Source: an uncultured Methanosarcinales archaeon
GTDB lineage: Archaea; Nanobdellota; Nanobdellia; Woesearchaeales; JAGVZT01
Direction: 5' to 3'
Length of the DNA: 64,000 nt
NCBI GenBank assembly: GCA_964354685.1
Contig: CAYHAM010000006.1
Span: 9,523 to 73,522, forward strand
Shown one piece after another: positions 58,901 to 64,000 of the stretch. How positions within the stretch are numbered: position 1 is the stretch's first letter; every line of letters starts with the position of its first letter. The translations under genes and the position numbers were made by a program. The notes beneath the pieces were generated by a model. That model saw nothing but the letters and a program-made list of their open reading frames with translations. It did not search any database and was not told the DNA's origin.

Positions 58901-60742
58901 TGTGCTTTGTTCATTCCAACTACTGCTACTATTAAGATAATCAATAGTAAATTCACTGTCACTGTTAACAGACTCATAATAATAGAAATCAATATAAATC
59001 GCATCTGCATCTGAGTAATCTCCAGTAGGCGTCATCAGCCAAGTGTTAATTCCACCACCAGAACCATCAAACCTTGCTGACCAACTTCCATTAGAGGCCC
59101 TTGCATTTGACCTGCTCCATTGAGTGTCATCTATCTCCCAATTGGTTGGAGGGAATGTGGCACCTTCAAATGACTCATTAACCATAGTTGTGTTAACAAG
59201 AACCCATGCACACCCACACGCCAAACAATCATTTTGATTATTGTGATTACTACAGTTGCTTGGAGTCCCTCCACAAAGACCAGCTTCATTATATGCATAC
59301 TTAGTATCATTCCCAAACTTGAATTCCAACGTATGTTTACCACATGTCAAAACCTTGCTTATTTCATACCCTGTTTCATCACAGCTGTAGTTAGAAATGA
59401 ACACACTGTTATTTATCCATTCATATTCCAAAACATTGTTTCCACATCTTGTTTCCAAAAACTTTAAGTCATTATCCTCATTCACATTGCTCCAAGTTGT
59501 GCCATTAAAAACAGTTATTGTCAAATCAGCCATGCCTGTTGTGTTAAACCTAACCTCCCAGTTGCCACCAACAGTAGGATAGCTCTGAACATCAATTATT
59601 GTGATATCTGTCTCAGCATAACCAGGATCATCGGGTGTTAATACAAACGAATACTCTTGCCCTGGCACAATATCCATCAACTTCTCCCATGTGCCTTCAC
59701 AAATCTGTTCTTCAAAGTTCCAATCCTTACACTTGTATAATTCATTACCCTCTGCAACTGCTGTAACAACTGCTCTTGAGAAATTTAGCTCAGTTGGATC
59801 TATTGCATAAATCCTTTGCACACCTTTACCTCTAAGTTCCGGAATATCTTTTTGGACCTCATCTATCTTCAGATTAATCCCTTCCTCTTCAATCAACAAC
59901 CCATCAAAACTTATACTCTTAACAATATTACTCTCAAAACCTAACTCAACATTTACAAAACCACCAACATCTTCAATAGAATTGATATTGTAATCAATGA
60001 ACTCTCCATCTCTTTTTATTAACTTCAAAGCTTGCTTTAGCTCTTCTGAAACATTAATCTGAGGTTCAACTGGTTCCTCTTTAAAAACAACCCAGAAAAT
60101 CTTTTCTATTACACTGTTGTCTTCAAGTGTTATCACAACCTTATACTCACCCACCTGCTTTGGTATGAAAACAATCTTCTCATTAAACTCCCCAAGGTAA
60201 TGTAAACTATTGTTCCCAAACCATATCACAAGACTTGAAACATTAACATTCAGCCTAATATACACCCCTTCTCCTAAATTGTAACTGATCTTATCTATGC
60301 TTATTACATCATTCGATAGATTATCACTCTCATCTAATTCAATCTCAACCTCTTGCTCACCTCCTTCATCACTGGCTATGTCAACAACATAAAAATTAGA
60401 GGCTGTTATTGTTCCATCCTCTTTATCAAGCAGCTTAACTGTATAATTACCAGGAACCTTTGGCTTAAACACAGTAACAGTTCTAACATTCCCCGCGTAC
60501 CTATAAACTTGATCTCCATGAATTATGAAAAGCTCTTTGCCTTCAATTGGTCCCAAAACATGTATGAAAACATCTTCACCAGTAGAATAGTATATCTTTT
60601 CAATAGACAATTTTTCTTGATTTGATTCAGATGCAATCCCACTTATTGAAGCATAACCGATTATTATAATACCTAAGATTAATATGATTAATAAAATCTC
60701 CAAGTTCTTATTCATGCCTTTAATACTCATCTCTTTTTTCAT
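43946..60742 (-). CDS. Giant secreted adhesin-like glycoprotein (5598 aa): N-terminal AIDP...DPGYAE and VQSYP.VGGNW domains, MAM-like domain, two DUF2341 plus ConA/L-lectin-like units, MG2-like domain, ~22 Ig repeats, two CARDB domains, C-terminal subunit-like domain
   Basis: ORF track. WWN..WDYR DUF2341-type starts; RLTP...QLG / GGGTGAD lectin-like motif; ends GNITG...YDFEIRVP...FYVEIK; no C-terminal TM helix. Confidence 0.93.
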   Translation of the reverse strand: MKKEMSIKGMNKNLEILLIILILGIIIIGYASISGIASESNQEKLSIEKIYYSTGEDVFIHVLGPIEGKELFIIHGDQVYRYAGNVRTVTVFKPKVPGNYTVKLLDKEDGTITASNFYVVDIASDEGGEQEVEIELDESDNLSNDVISIDKISYNLGEGVYIRLNVNVSSLVIWFGNNSLHYLGEFNEKIVFIPKQVGEYKVVITLEDNSVIEKIFWVVFKEEPVEPQINVSEELKQALKLIKRDGEFIDYNINSIEDVGGFVNVELGFESNIVKSISFDGLLIEEEGINLKIDEVQKDIPELRGKGVQRIYAIDPTELNFSRAVVTAVAEGNELYKCKDWNFEEQICEGTWEKLMDIVPGQEYSFVLTPDDPGYAETDITIIDVQSYPTVGGNWEVRFNTTGMADLTITVFNGTTWSNVNEDNDLKFLETRCGNNVLEYEWINNSVFISNYSCDETGYEISKVLTCGKHTLEFKFGNDTKYAYNEAGLCGGTPSNCSNHNNQNDCLACGCAWVLVNTTMVNESFEGATFPPTNWEIDDTQWSRSNARASNGSWSARFDGSGGGINTWLMTPTGDYSDADAIYIDFYYYESVNSDSEFTIDYLNSSSSWNEQSTLNDGGTWGHYTDTITDSQYFYNGFRIEWDNDDIEAGDYGHVDGVLIIKRVYQCSGTPSSCGSHSGQTNCTLCGCSWDSAPNVTSLNYPSNGANITSTSVNFNFTATDDHTIQNCSLYMNISGWTIQGTAFNVTNNTNTNITVNPSDGKYIWNIRCWDNATVPNDDWYSTNYTITIDRTGPTTTLDRPQNFTNISTATYTVNASATDALSNVDTVSFYYRKNSTASWGFICSDNSGPMYECTWNMVGLSSGNSYQVRAFANDTIGNIGNNNTHTNITVEVLPTISNTSCYKAGVGWVNCTTIAFGDTLDSVRTNCTSNSGGSISNVSFMLKNVDDNKVYFNATLTNESGSELNLYANSYGGDWANSPEEADNQPDSAVAWDETDNGNELYTHNFVGLPEAGTINKVYLALRSNFSNPAIGNDELTLKYSLDGGTTWKNLDGTAYNGASVANQSGSLRNDYYQITGSLSWSDLSNIYLGVEGMQVGLPDDEVASIDAIWLRVNYSSEYWEYDVSDMTIYDSGLFNLHITCRENPVMEEDINWSIPYGNLSAQLISPSTHVNVTRNRFFNFTARVTCSGGECGDVNATLDPTNWWNSNWDYRMQINITENSGSAVSNWTTNVSIDTQTLVSAGKMNADMSDLRIIENGTEIAYHIEPNTNNTANTIIHFKTDLSASQKKDTVFLYYGNSGASTPTYDYNLVYMYWDDFNRTDKPDITTEANYSSVGGATWNITNNKLVASGGSGDPNKLLIDYLGSSPSFTNGVIVVKMQITQWTDGDAYRFGPSLRMDGSGGAGRGYCSLLHNNDGASGELDLLNDGVSWFQEGSYAWNQNTWYYHKFMIIGQNTWNKVWLAITAEPSSWNYANVASGGSRNSGYYGLTASNTNTGTPKAEYDDLRVYKAMSSAPSYTLGSEENNSGKGVVPLNSGTPFYTTSDNPMNSSYRYCLANMTDGNNCDTTWQVNATGSANTTWEFFVTYASMNYSANVSAVNTSAVNITIINNIAPTVDSVSIDPLLPSPSDDLNCTFTVSDSSALDTLTANVSWYKGSALSYSEVVSVTSGVKTNAILNSGNTSSGEYWHCGVTPYDQIEYGTQVNSSAIQILASQPPVVNQIWCYEDGSTWTQCENILYGDSLKAVRADCTDPDGYVVNATFTLINVEDSYTFFNNYTNDNSTGYFVFNNTDITITDSGTFNLSVTCYDNSSTSGSGSSNWTVPWGSLVVELINPNEDINVTQNKFFNFTARVNCTGGECGYVSATLDPENWWNTSWDYRRKINLTEKSNNILTDYQFNVTLNTQSLISAGKMRSDCGDVRFVDSSNNELDYWVEYGCNTSSTLIWVEYSLSAYGNASIYVYYGNSTAQSQSNGTETLFLYEDMSGPPSGSLTGSAAYVDSTVGVRLTPVANDQLGYLYWLKNPGPGFYGRYETWAGGGTGADSTWIGVHDTSVSSGREDIVNDGYHFTVDEWTDPDERVAFTKSTTDNGPSIAEWNPVAALDDSQWHNLSVYFYNNGTRANALIYYDGVLRVNGTDSSPQSTAGNYFFLGGRTGGSTNEHRVRTIEIRKYVYPQPTVELEQEIPQNKGIIPMNSGDPFYTVTANPMFYQNNSCLANMKSGSSCNTTWQVNATGLTGIPWEFFVTYDAENYSSYVSSATTSRINITIIQNVLPNVSYILLTPLYPLPEEDLYCNFTIIDANYFDTLSANISWYNSSVLIYSQLMNVSNGVQTYSILSSENTSLGETWWCGVIPFDNDGHGSQVNSSNVTIVATKPPEINEIQCQINNGSWGACSGLSFNDSLTAIRVNCTSDYFTVVNVTVNLTNIPDSNLFYTNTTFTNNSDWWIINKTTKINDSGEFRIDALCMDNESSIDIDYTNWTIPWGTLVVSLVDPDGDISVEKDEFFSFTAQVSCVGGECGDVEAILDPHQYPISMQKSYSPITEPVYEKRVEDIVGDVIINDVQTNKKVGNSRYPNGLITLNSKKPIYRLGESAELISIVLDKKGEFVSNENLQLTITKPDGTKERVYSSQFKELRPGLYEFVYGPLQIEGVYGLEITTINSSVKDVLYTLFEVKEDYVFDIIRETPIAIDPWESDFESTIHINSLEGTNQYSFVETIPSEWEIIEANNAYVWYSDKETQIIWSDLRGNSTVSYQAKIPKISPNRYKLESYILHDGQFFEEARPWLVAVDPLNYYSAYTDSLSTYSDGTYTQADAGDYSDTLVADCTGGTCTSSNSWETGFQNLTNAEPYDCELNATLSFNVSDLNPEYLKNVTITWGGCWHGDEVLTSNNCDNGDNPEFDDGTGGGSFDMWILGPDGYEKLDCVSTVGSECGAGSEINLGTDASAPGWGDADDYNTFRYRKTINSSYADDNIITIKWRVFGTSVCGDTDADDDIIMIIDYANLTVGWEYLIKSGMVSTINGTEPFYTIDSNPQNKSDDSCLGGMVDGRSCQITWDVNATGGIGTTHEFYVIFNSTQYPIYVGHNETDHIYITIEDTSSVPPVVTLVSPNNNSATNNPSVVFNCSATDNNGLFNMTLYANFNGTFRANGTNNIGGTSNSTTFTRTLQEGIYIWNCLAYDDDDNYDWGNTNRTLTVDTTKPSINLAAPDENSTFYVGTILFNFTVFDNLDSVLICNITIDSTVEDANFSSNNASLTSRPIGSLEQGNHSWNVACVDNAGNFNTSKTINFSIIDLPPNVTLVTPDNYSQNSTSIDLQYNATDNNDVTKADLYINSVWNDSSSEVGNGEISTFTVGNLVEGRYNWTVNVTDISNLTVQATERWFFIDFTKPSIVLYAPEDNHSTNQSTIYFNFTVTDNLDADKILVCNITINGGVYDENFNANNGSLTSRPINNIPDGVSYWNITCVDDAGNWNTSETRSINVSSPPSVELNSPEDNHSQSLGDITLYYTPTDNTGFNNCDLILDNEINQTNSSINNGYQNNFTLIGLNPGFYNWTVNCTDLSGLSTLASPVRRFVIDSTEPTITLHSPLPNASVFGPLIKFNFTVTDDVSNLLYCNLTLDGEVNESNIPAINGSVINQTITINLDGVYWWNLTCWDDAYNTNTSETRNFTIYNPPYIALVSPDNGTILDYRENVNFTYIPVDADGLGNASLIINNVKTENDTSLENGEKNSFLFNFSEDGLYYWTINATDIYELEGTGSPQRQLIIDTTSPNITIITPYNNETVTWNNVTFSFSVTDNLDDELICNITVVDSVEWENVSVSNGSTVTRYSELYDGNYNWSVTCIDHANNTNSYILINFTVEAPPNVTLNFPIDNYRTTSQDMTFNYTPYDYFGFNNCSLYINGVFNNSDSSIERNEPNYFDLTNISDGYYNWSVECIDEAPDLNPYTAPYENFTIDTLGPSIVLNYPGEGQAINYNNITFNWTPTDAPGINITCNLTIDSAVNVTNITNTSGTNFLVEVNGLADGAHNWSVSCVDDLGNSNTSFTGNFTINQPDLFINNSMISFNNSNPDLNENITIFANVSNIGGIDASNVLVEFWDGLPGSGTFIGNNTKDVGYNATVTFNISWIITAGYHTIWVVVDPDDNIAELNESNNNATTNISVLISTINSPQNDSWQDNETVEINFTLQDFTNGSINYSIFVDGILNGQNGSASDNVSKLLNVTLSEGVHYIIVQATDNLSRSKNSTSLKVNIDLSNPSPIFETANQTWFNDTTPEILFNITDNLDDILNYTLYVNGSHEANGSVNNGTTTSINLSSKTDGVYELVLEASDEAGHVVNSTPIIIYIDTTKPSINLTYPPQGVNTTSTTIELNFSVSDNLDSELICNLTLNGDVYRQNIVAYVDTEINTTISGLNETTYYWNVTCVDNATNWNISETRSFNVYLAPVVELIVPAHDTWNNSENITFYFNVSDDTGIENCSLIFNGQINDTRNSSEITNNAVNNFTVYDIKSGYYNWSVNCTDNTSLYVEGNSTTWLLKVDRIKPFINLTLPVNGYNSSSLTLDLNFSVIDNMDDEMRCNLTVNGSVYRENFAAANNSEINTTYTATGEGTYYWNVTCWDNASNINTSETRSFNVVIPPIVILDSPPDNSWSNAENQTFYFNVSDDTGINNCSLILNGLVNVTKNSSEVTNNAKNNFTVYNIKSNLYNWSVECYDDFNTRGNSTTWRLNLDRILPSINLTWPQESYNSTSFTLDLNFTVIDNMDDELRCNLTVNGSVYRENFVADNNTEIKTTYTGSVEGSYYWNVSCWDNASNINTSETRTFNLAVPPNVTLVNPPNGSWSNAENQTFYFIVNDTTGIRNCSLILNGVINDTKNSSEIINNAMNNFSVVNIATKFYNWSVNCTDVFGAEGNSSTWLLRVDKINPSINLVYPSNGLNYTNTIIDLNFTVTDNMDNEMRCNLTLNNGVIRENFAANNGSEINTTVSWLNETTYYWNVSCWDNATNINTSETKHFFVYIAPNITLVSPADNNWTNVENQTFYFNVSDDTGIENCSLLLDGQINDTKNNTEIINNAMNNFTVYYLNGSYSWAVECYDNTSQHMYTITSNRTLYVDIIAPYPYIETANGTWFNTTTPTIYFNITDNLDQVLNYTFYVDGVKNVNGTATNGSTNSTNLVGVGEGSHEIILEAFDNVNNIRNSTPITIYVDITKPSINLTYPEEGHNSSSTSVELNFTVIDNLDDNLTCNLTIDGSVYRANFSALNNTEVSTIATDQGPGWHYWNVTCWDNAGNWNTSETRSYFIEVPDLTLNNSDIVFNQTSFSEGQNVTINATIYNIGNGDAANITVQFFEGYPGSDNQINGNKTINSLPLGTNATVNTTYIVKMGSTNIYVVVDPPLATNGSIVEANESNNLAYNIIIVGSYEIVIGNITGLLQLYDTTNMSLFDWNVSNYTNSNIYVVDSDSIVKWDSLQAVSRDTINGLQMDDFDEADTAMNMTQNPDSINTTWTENGGVRLSMGWVAYGNTINNVAIVNSTNTSNFVTGILWDYNDPNNGEYNGTQDVVFITKVNENKTGMYGVYDFEIRVPAMLRGYIQPNTQNSVTFYVEIK

Positions 60743-60746
60743 CTTT

Positions 60747-61304
60747 TCAAATAGGCATATTTTTTAGCCTAAGCTCTTTCTCAACCTCCTTAACAAACTC
60801 AAAATATCTTTCAAAACCATAAACTATGACATGATCTTGTAAAACATCTTTATTTAGCAACAAATCAAGAAAACCTTCTTTACCAACAACAGTGCTCTGG
60901 AAGCCTTGGATAACTATTGAATATTGGGGGTCCTCAAGAACAAAGACTATCTTTTCTTTGCTAAGCAAAACACAATGGATTGTCCTTTTGCTTATCTCTT
61001 TTTTCAATAGCTCCAAGGCCCCTCTGAGCTCTGCGTTCCTTTTCAAGAACATATCTTTTTTCTCAATCTCAATAAGTGAAAGAAGAATTAGGCACTTATC
61101 ATTATCCAGATTAAGTGAACATAAATGAGAAGAGCCCAAAACAATCTTCTTGAGTATGCCATCATCAATCAGATAAGATACTCTTTTGTTAACATAAGGA
61201 TAAGTCTTATTTAGTATTTTTGCTATTTGATTAATGCTATAAAAAGCCACCAAGTTCTTAGAAAACGCTTCAACTATCTCTATATCAACATCGCCAATTA
61301 TCAA
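60747..61304 (-). CDS. Winged-helix protein with a degenerate nucleotidyltransferase-like domain (185 aa), first gene of the giant-protein operon
   Basis: YSINQIAKILNKTYPYVNKRVSYLIDDGIL...G.SHLCSLNL; C-terminal HVIVYGFERYF with no catalytic GS/DxD; TTG start. Confidence 0.75.
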   Translation of the reverse strand: MIIGDVDIEIVEAFSKNLVAFYSINQIAKILNKTYPYVNKRVSYLIDDGILKKIVLGSSHLCSLNLDNDKCLILLSLIEIEKKDMFLKRNAELRGALELLKKEISKRTIHCVLLSKEKIVFVLEDPQYSIVIQGFQSTVVGKEGFLDLLLNKDVLQDHVIVYGFERYFEFVKEVEKELRLKNMPI

Positions 61305-61370
61305 TCTAGGACCCTTTTTGAGTTGTTATATCTTTTTAGATATAATTATATATGCTTTTCAATATAACCT

Positions 61371-61387
61371 ATATATAAAGCTTTCGG
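61371..61387 (-). promoter_or_regulatory. BRE+TATA promoter for the wHTH-5598-3202 operon
   Basis: Minus strand CCGAAAGCTTTATATAT. Confidence 0.7.
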
Positions 61388-61528
61388 AAATCTATGGATT
61401 TCCGAGACCCGGAAAAGCACAGCTTTTCCTATGTTTTGGTTTTGATAGTTTTTCTTCGTTATTCTTTGAGAATATAGAACTAGAATCACCACGAGTTGCC
61501 TCTATCGTGGTTAAACACTTGCAACTCG
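61384..61528. repeat. Intergenic hairpin cluster
   Basis: TCGGAAATC-TATG-GATTTCCGA; GGAAAAGC-ACA-GCTTTTCC; TATTCT-TTG-AGAATA; CGAGTTGC...GCAACTCG. Confidence 0.75.
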
Positions 61529-61600
61529 CGAATTTTGATGTTAATAATAAAAAATTATTCATAAGAAAGAGTGGTAATTATATTTTAAATCTTTATTCTA

Positions 61601-62455
61601 TTAAATCTTGATCTCTCTCTCAAAATCAAGCTCAGGGAGCTTATCAGGAGCCTCTTTAGAATCAATATTTACAATTAGTCCACTTGATTTTGTCTTCTTC
61701 TTTTTTGCAAAAAACTCAAAAAACATAGGTTTTTTCACATCACCACTCTTAACTTCCAATTCTCCTATTTCAAGATTTAGCCTCTCAATCTCTTTTTCAT
61801 ACATGTCTCTTATTTTTTTAATTTCACCATCATGGGCACTTTTTATATCTTCTATATCTTCTTCGTATCTCTCTCTTAATTTTTCTGTCTCTTCCTCATA
61901 CCTCTCCACTATTCCTTTTATCTCATTCTCATAATTCTCTTTTATTTTCTTCAGATCTTTTATCTCTTTTTCTAATTCCTTGATATTTTCATCATATTGT
62001 TTTCTCTCACCTTCAATCAACTTATTTAGCTCCTCTAAATCCTTCCCTTTTGATACAAGCTGATCCTTTATCTCTTTCAACTCTGAATGCATAGACTCAT
62101 TCTCATTCTTATATTTTAATAACTCATTAGATAATTTTAATAACTCGTTAGATAGCCCTTCTCTCTCAATATTTGGTTCTTCAATTATTTTGTTGATCTT
62201 TATTTTCACACCAGGTGATGATATCTGTAGTTGGTTTATTTTGTGATGGAGCTCCGCACATTTCTCATAAACATCACCCTTCCCAGCCTTAAGCTCTTTG
62301 TAAAGCCCCTCTAATTCAACATAACCCTCAGAAGCCCTAAGGTAATCATTATTTTCAATGTAGTTAGAAATCCTATCTATCAAAGCATAGGCATGCTCCA
62401 AATCAGCATCCGCTGTTTCTGTCTTACCTTTTCTAACAAAAGAAAAAAACCTCAC
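61601..62455 (-). CDS. Cytoplasmic coiled-coil protein (284 aa) with N-terminal helical module
   Basis: ORF track. E/K-rich heptads; GTG start; C-terminal APDKLPELDFE. Confidence 0.82.
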   Translation of the reverse strand: MRFFSFVRKGKTETADADLEHAYALIDRISNYIENNDYLRASEGYVELEGLYKELKAGKGDVYEKCAELHHKINQLQISSPGVKIKINKIIEEPNIEREGLSNELLKLSNELLKYKNENESMHSELKEIKDQLVSKGKDLEELNKLIEGERKQYDENIKELEKEIKDLKKIKENYENEIKGIVERYEEETEKLRERYEEDIEDIKSAHDGEIKKIRDMYEKEIERLNLEIGELEVKSGDVKKPMFFEFFAKKKKTKSSGLIVNIDSKEAPDKLPELDFEREIKI

Positions 62456-62529
62456 TTTGACCCTCTTTTTCCTTTATAAAACATTTTAACAATGACCTAT
62501 ATTTATATCTTTTTGTAAAACCTATTAAT

Positions 62530-63630
62530 CTATACTTCCACCTCTTCTTCTTCTTCTTTTTCTCCTGACCCAATCCCTTCAATATTTACCTCATCTCCCT
62601 CTCCACCTTCGCCCTCCTTCTTCTCTTTTTTTGAGATCTTTGATTTTAGCCACTTCACAAAATTTGTTTTCTTCTTCTCCTTCTTCTTCTTTTCCTGCTC
62701 TTCCTCTATCTTTTTCCTAAAAAGTTCCTCTAACTCCTTAAGGTTCTTCTCAAGATGTGGAGACTCTTTTGTTAAATCCTTCAATGTATCCTCAAGCCTC
62801 CCAAGATCCTTAAATCTCTTATCAAACTTCTCAATAAACCCTTCCTCAAAATCAACAAACACCCTATTCAACAAAGATATGGCCCTTGTTGTATGGTCCT
62901 CAAACTCCTTTGAGGTTGTTATGAGCTTCTCAACCTCCTTTTTCTCAGCTTTTTCAATAACCTTAACCTTTAAATCATCAAAATCTTTCATTAATTTGTT
63001 TAAATTCTTAGAATTATCTTTAACAGAATCCTCAAGCTCAGTCAGCTCCCTAACCCTCTTTTGGAAATCTATAAAGATACTCTCTATCTTATCAGAGTGT
63101 CTCTCTGCAGTGCTCTTCACAGTTTTTATATTAATCAGCTCCTTCTTAACCTCTTCACTCAACTTGACAATATCATCAATCCCCCTAAACACATTCATCT
63201 GATTCCTAAGCTCCTTAAGCTCTTTTAGGATTGTCTCCATCCTCGCTTCATTGCTCTCAATATTTGCCTTTAGAACCTCAATCCTAACATCTTCCTTTCT
63301 CATTTCAGTCATAAGCTTGTCTGGTTGTACTGCCTCAACAAGATCAACTGCTTTTGTTGTTTTAACCTGAATCTGCTGCAAATCTTTGTTAGTTTCAATA
63401 ATCATACCCCTAAGCTCACCAATCATCTCATTGATCCTAGAAAACCTCTCCCCAAACACCTTTCTAATCTCACCAAAAGAATCCATCTGGGCCTTGAGCC
63501 TTGTTAGTTCTGCCTCAACATTTATTGACCCAGTGCTAGCTTTTACATCTGTTTTGGTAACCTCTTTTACCTCTTCAACTGCTTGCTTACCCTCACCGCC
63601 TTGTTCTTTCTTTTTCCCAAAAAGTGCCAT
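62530..63630 (-). CDS. Long coiled-coil protein (366 aa)
   Basis: ORF track. Continuous heptad pattern, MALFGKKK N-terminus, acidic tail. Confidence 0.85.
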   Translation of the reverse strand: MALFGKKKEQGGEGKQAVEEVKEVTKTDVKASTGSINVEAELTRLKAQMDSFGEIRKVFGERFSRINEMIGELRGMIIETNKDLQQIQVKTTKAVDLVEAVQPDKLMTEMRKEDVRIEVLKANIESNEARMETILKELKELRNQMNVFRGIDDIVKLSEEVKKELINIKTVKSTAERHSDKIESIFIDFQKRVRELTELEDSVKDNSKNLNKLMKDFDDLKVKVIEKAEKKEVEKLITTSKEFEDHTTRAISLLNRVFVDFEEGFIEKFDKRFKDLGRLEDTLKDLTKESPHLEKNLKELEELFRKKIEEEQEKKKKEKKKTNFVKWLKSKISKKEKKEGEGGEGDEVNIEGIGSGEKEEEEEVEV

Positions 63631-63782
63631 AAAATACCTCTTTCAGATTAAACCATATCTATGTTTTTTATAAACTTTTTGTTGATTAATTGAAAAAGCA
63701 TATCTTGTCTTTTAAGGCAAGGATAGGTTTCCTTTTTCAGTGGTCAACAGCCTCTTTGTTAAAATATTACGCTTTTTCAATT

Positions 63783-63875
63783 ATGGAAAAACCCGTTTTT
63801 GGTTTTTCCATTCCGAAAAATTGAAAATCAATTTTTCGTTACCAACATACCTCGTCATTTATGACGAGGTTGTTG
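63783..63875. repeat. Three adjacent hairpins at a gene end
   Basis: ATGGAAAAACC-N7-GGTTTTTCCAT; CGAAAAATTGA-AAA-TCAATTTTTCG; ACCTCGTCAT-TT-ATGACGAGGT extended by CAACA/TGTTG. Confidence 0.85.
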
Positions 63876-64000
63876 ATTTCTCCTTTAATCTTTTTATCAT
63901 ATCCACTATTTTTTGATAATATTTATCTTTTTCATCCTTTGGTAACAATGTGTAAACAGTCTGCAACTGTTTATATATACCTGCTGCCTCCTCAAAATTT
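63859..64000 (-). CDS. 3' end of a gene entering from outside the window; terminal helical module
   Basis: Hand translation ...NFEEAAGIYKQLQTVYTLLPKDEKDKYYQKIVDMIKRLKEKSTTSS*, stop at 63859-63861. Confidence 0.8.
   Translation of the reverse strand, partial: NFEEAAGIYKQLQTVYTLLPKDEKDKYYQKIVDMIKRLKEKSTTSS

Noticed and set aside
762-60625. Dozens of 60-140-aa ORFs overlapping long genes
   Set aside because: These are shadow ORFs on the opposite strand or alternate frames of well-supported genes.
61318-61611. 97-aa plus-strand ORF
   Set aside because: It spans the promoter and hairpin region, has no ribosome-binding site or recognisable motif, and runs antisense into the next gene.
1-64000. 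Window as a provirus, integrative element or invertible locus; RNA genes
   Set aside because: I recognised no integrase, recombinase, transposase, capsid or replication gene, att-like repeat, tRNA or rRNA.

Overview
This AT-rich window is archaeal, judged from BRE+TATA promoters, GGTGA ribosome-binding sites and ATGA gene overlaps. Protein motifs point to a DPANN archaeon of the Woesearchaeota type (inference, no database search). Almost all of it is a minus-strand cell-surface island. Three giant, sequon-rich extracellular proteins (>3242 aa and running off the window start, 3202 aa, 5598 aa) take up about 36 kb. They sit with seven paralogous ~250-aa secreted proteins ending in YYF(Y/W)VE(L/I)x. 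Also present are a second two-member secreted family, a CWB2-like membrane protein next to csaA, several Cys-rich membrane proteins and six DNA-binding regulator genes. Three of those regulators are tandem ribbon-helix-helix genes missing from the ORF track. Key observation: the last ~185 aa of the 3202-aa and 5598-aa proteins are homologous to the small ~250-aa proteins but lack their N-terminal extension. This is the same logic as pilin plus tip adhesin in donor-strand pili, and it suggests an undescribed archaeal fibre/adhesin system. Other content: desulfoferrodoxin with two half-ferritin genes, a GT4 glycosyltransferase with a DUF2784-like gene, a 1.3-kb tandem duplication with a pseudogene and an identical 66-bp promoter, a hexamer repeat before a regulator, and stacked intergenic hairpins. 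I saw no rRNA, tRNA, CRISPR array, integrase or transposase. Family names are recognised from memory and need HMM or structure confirmation.
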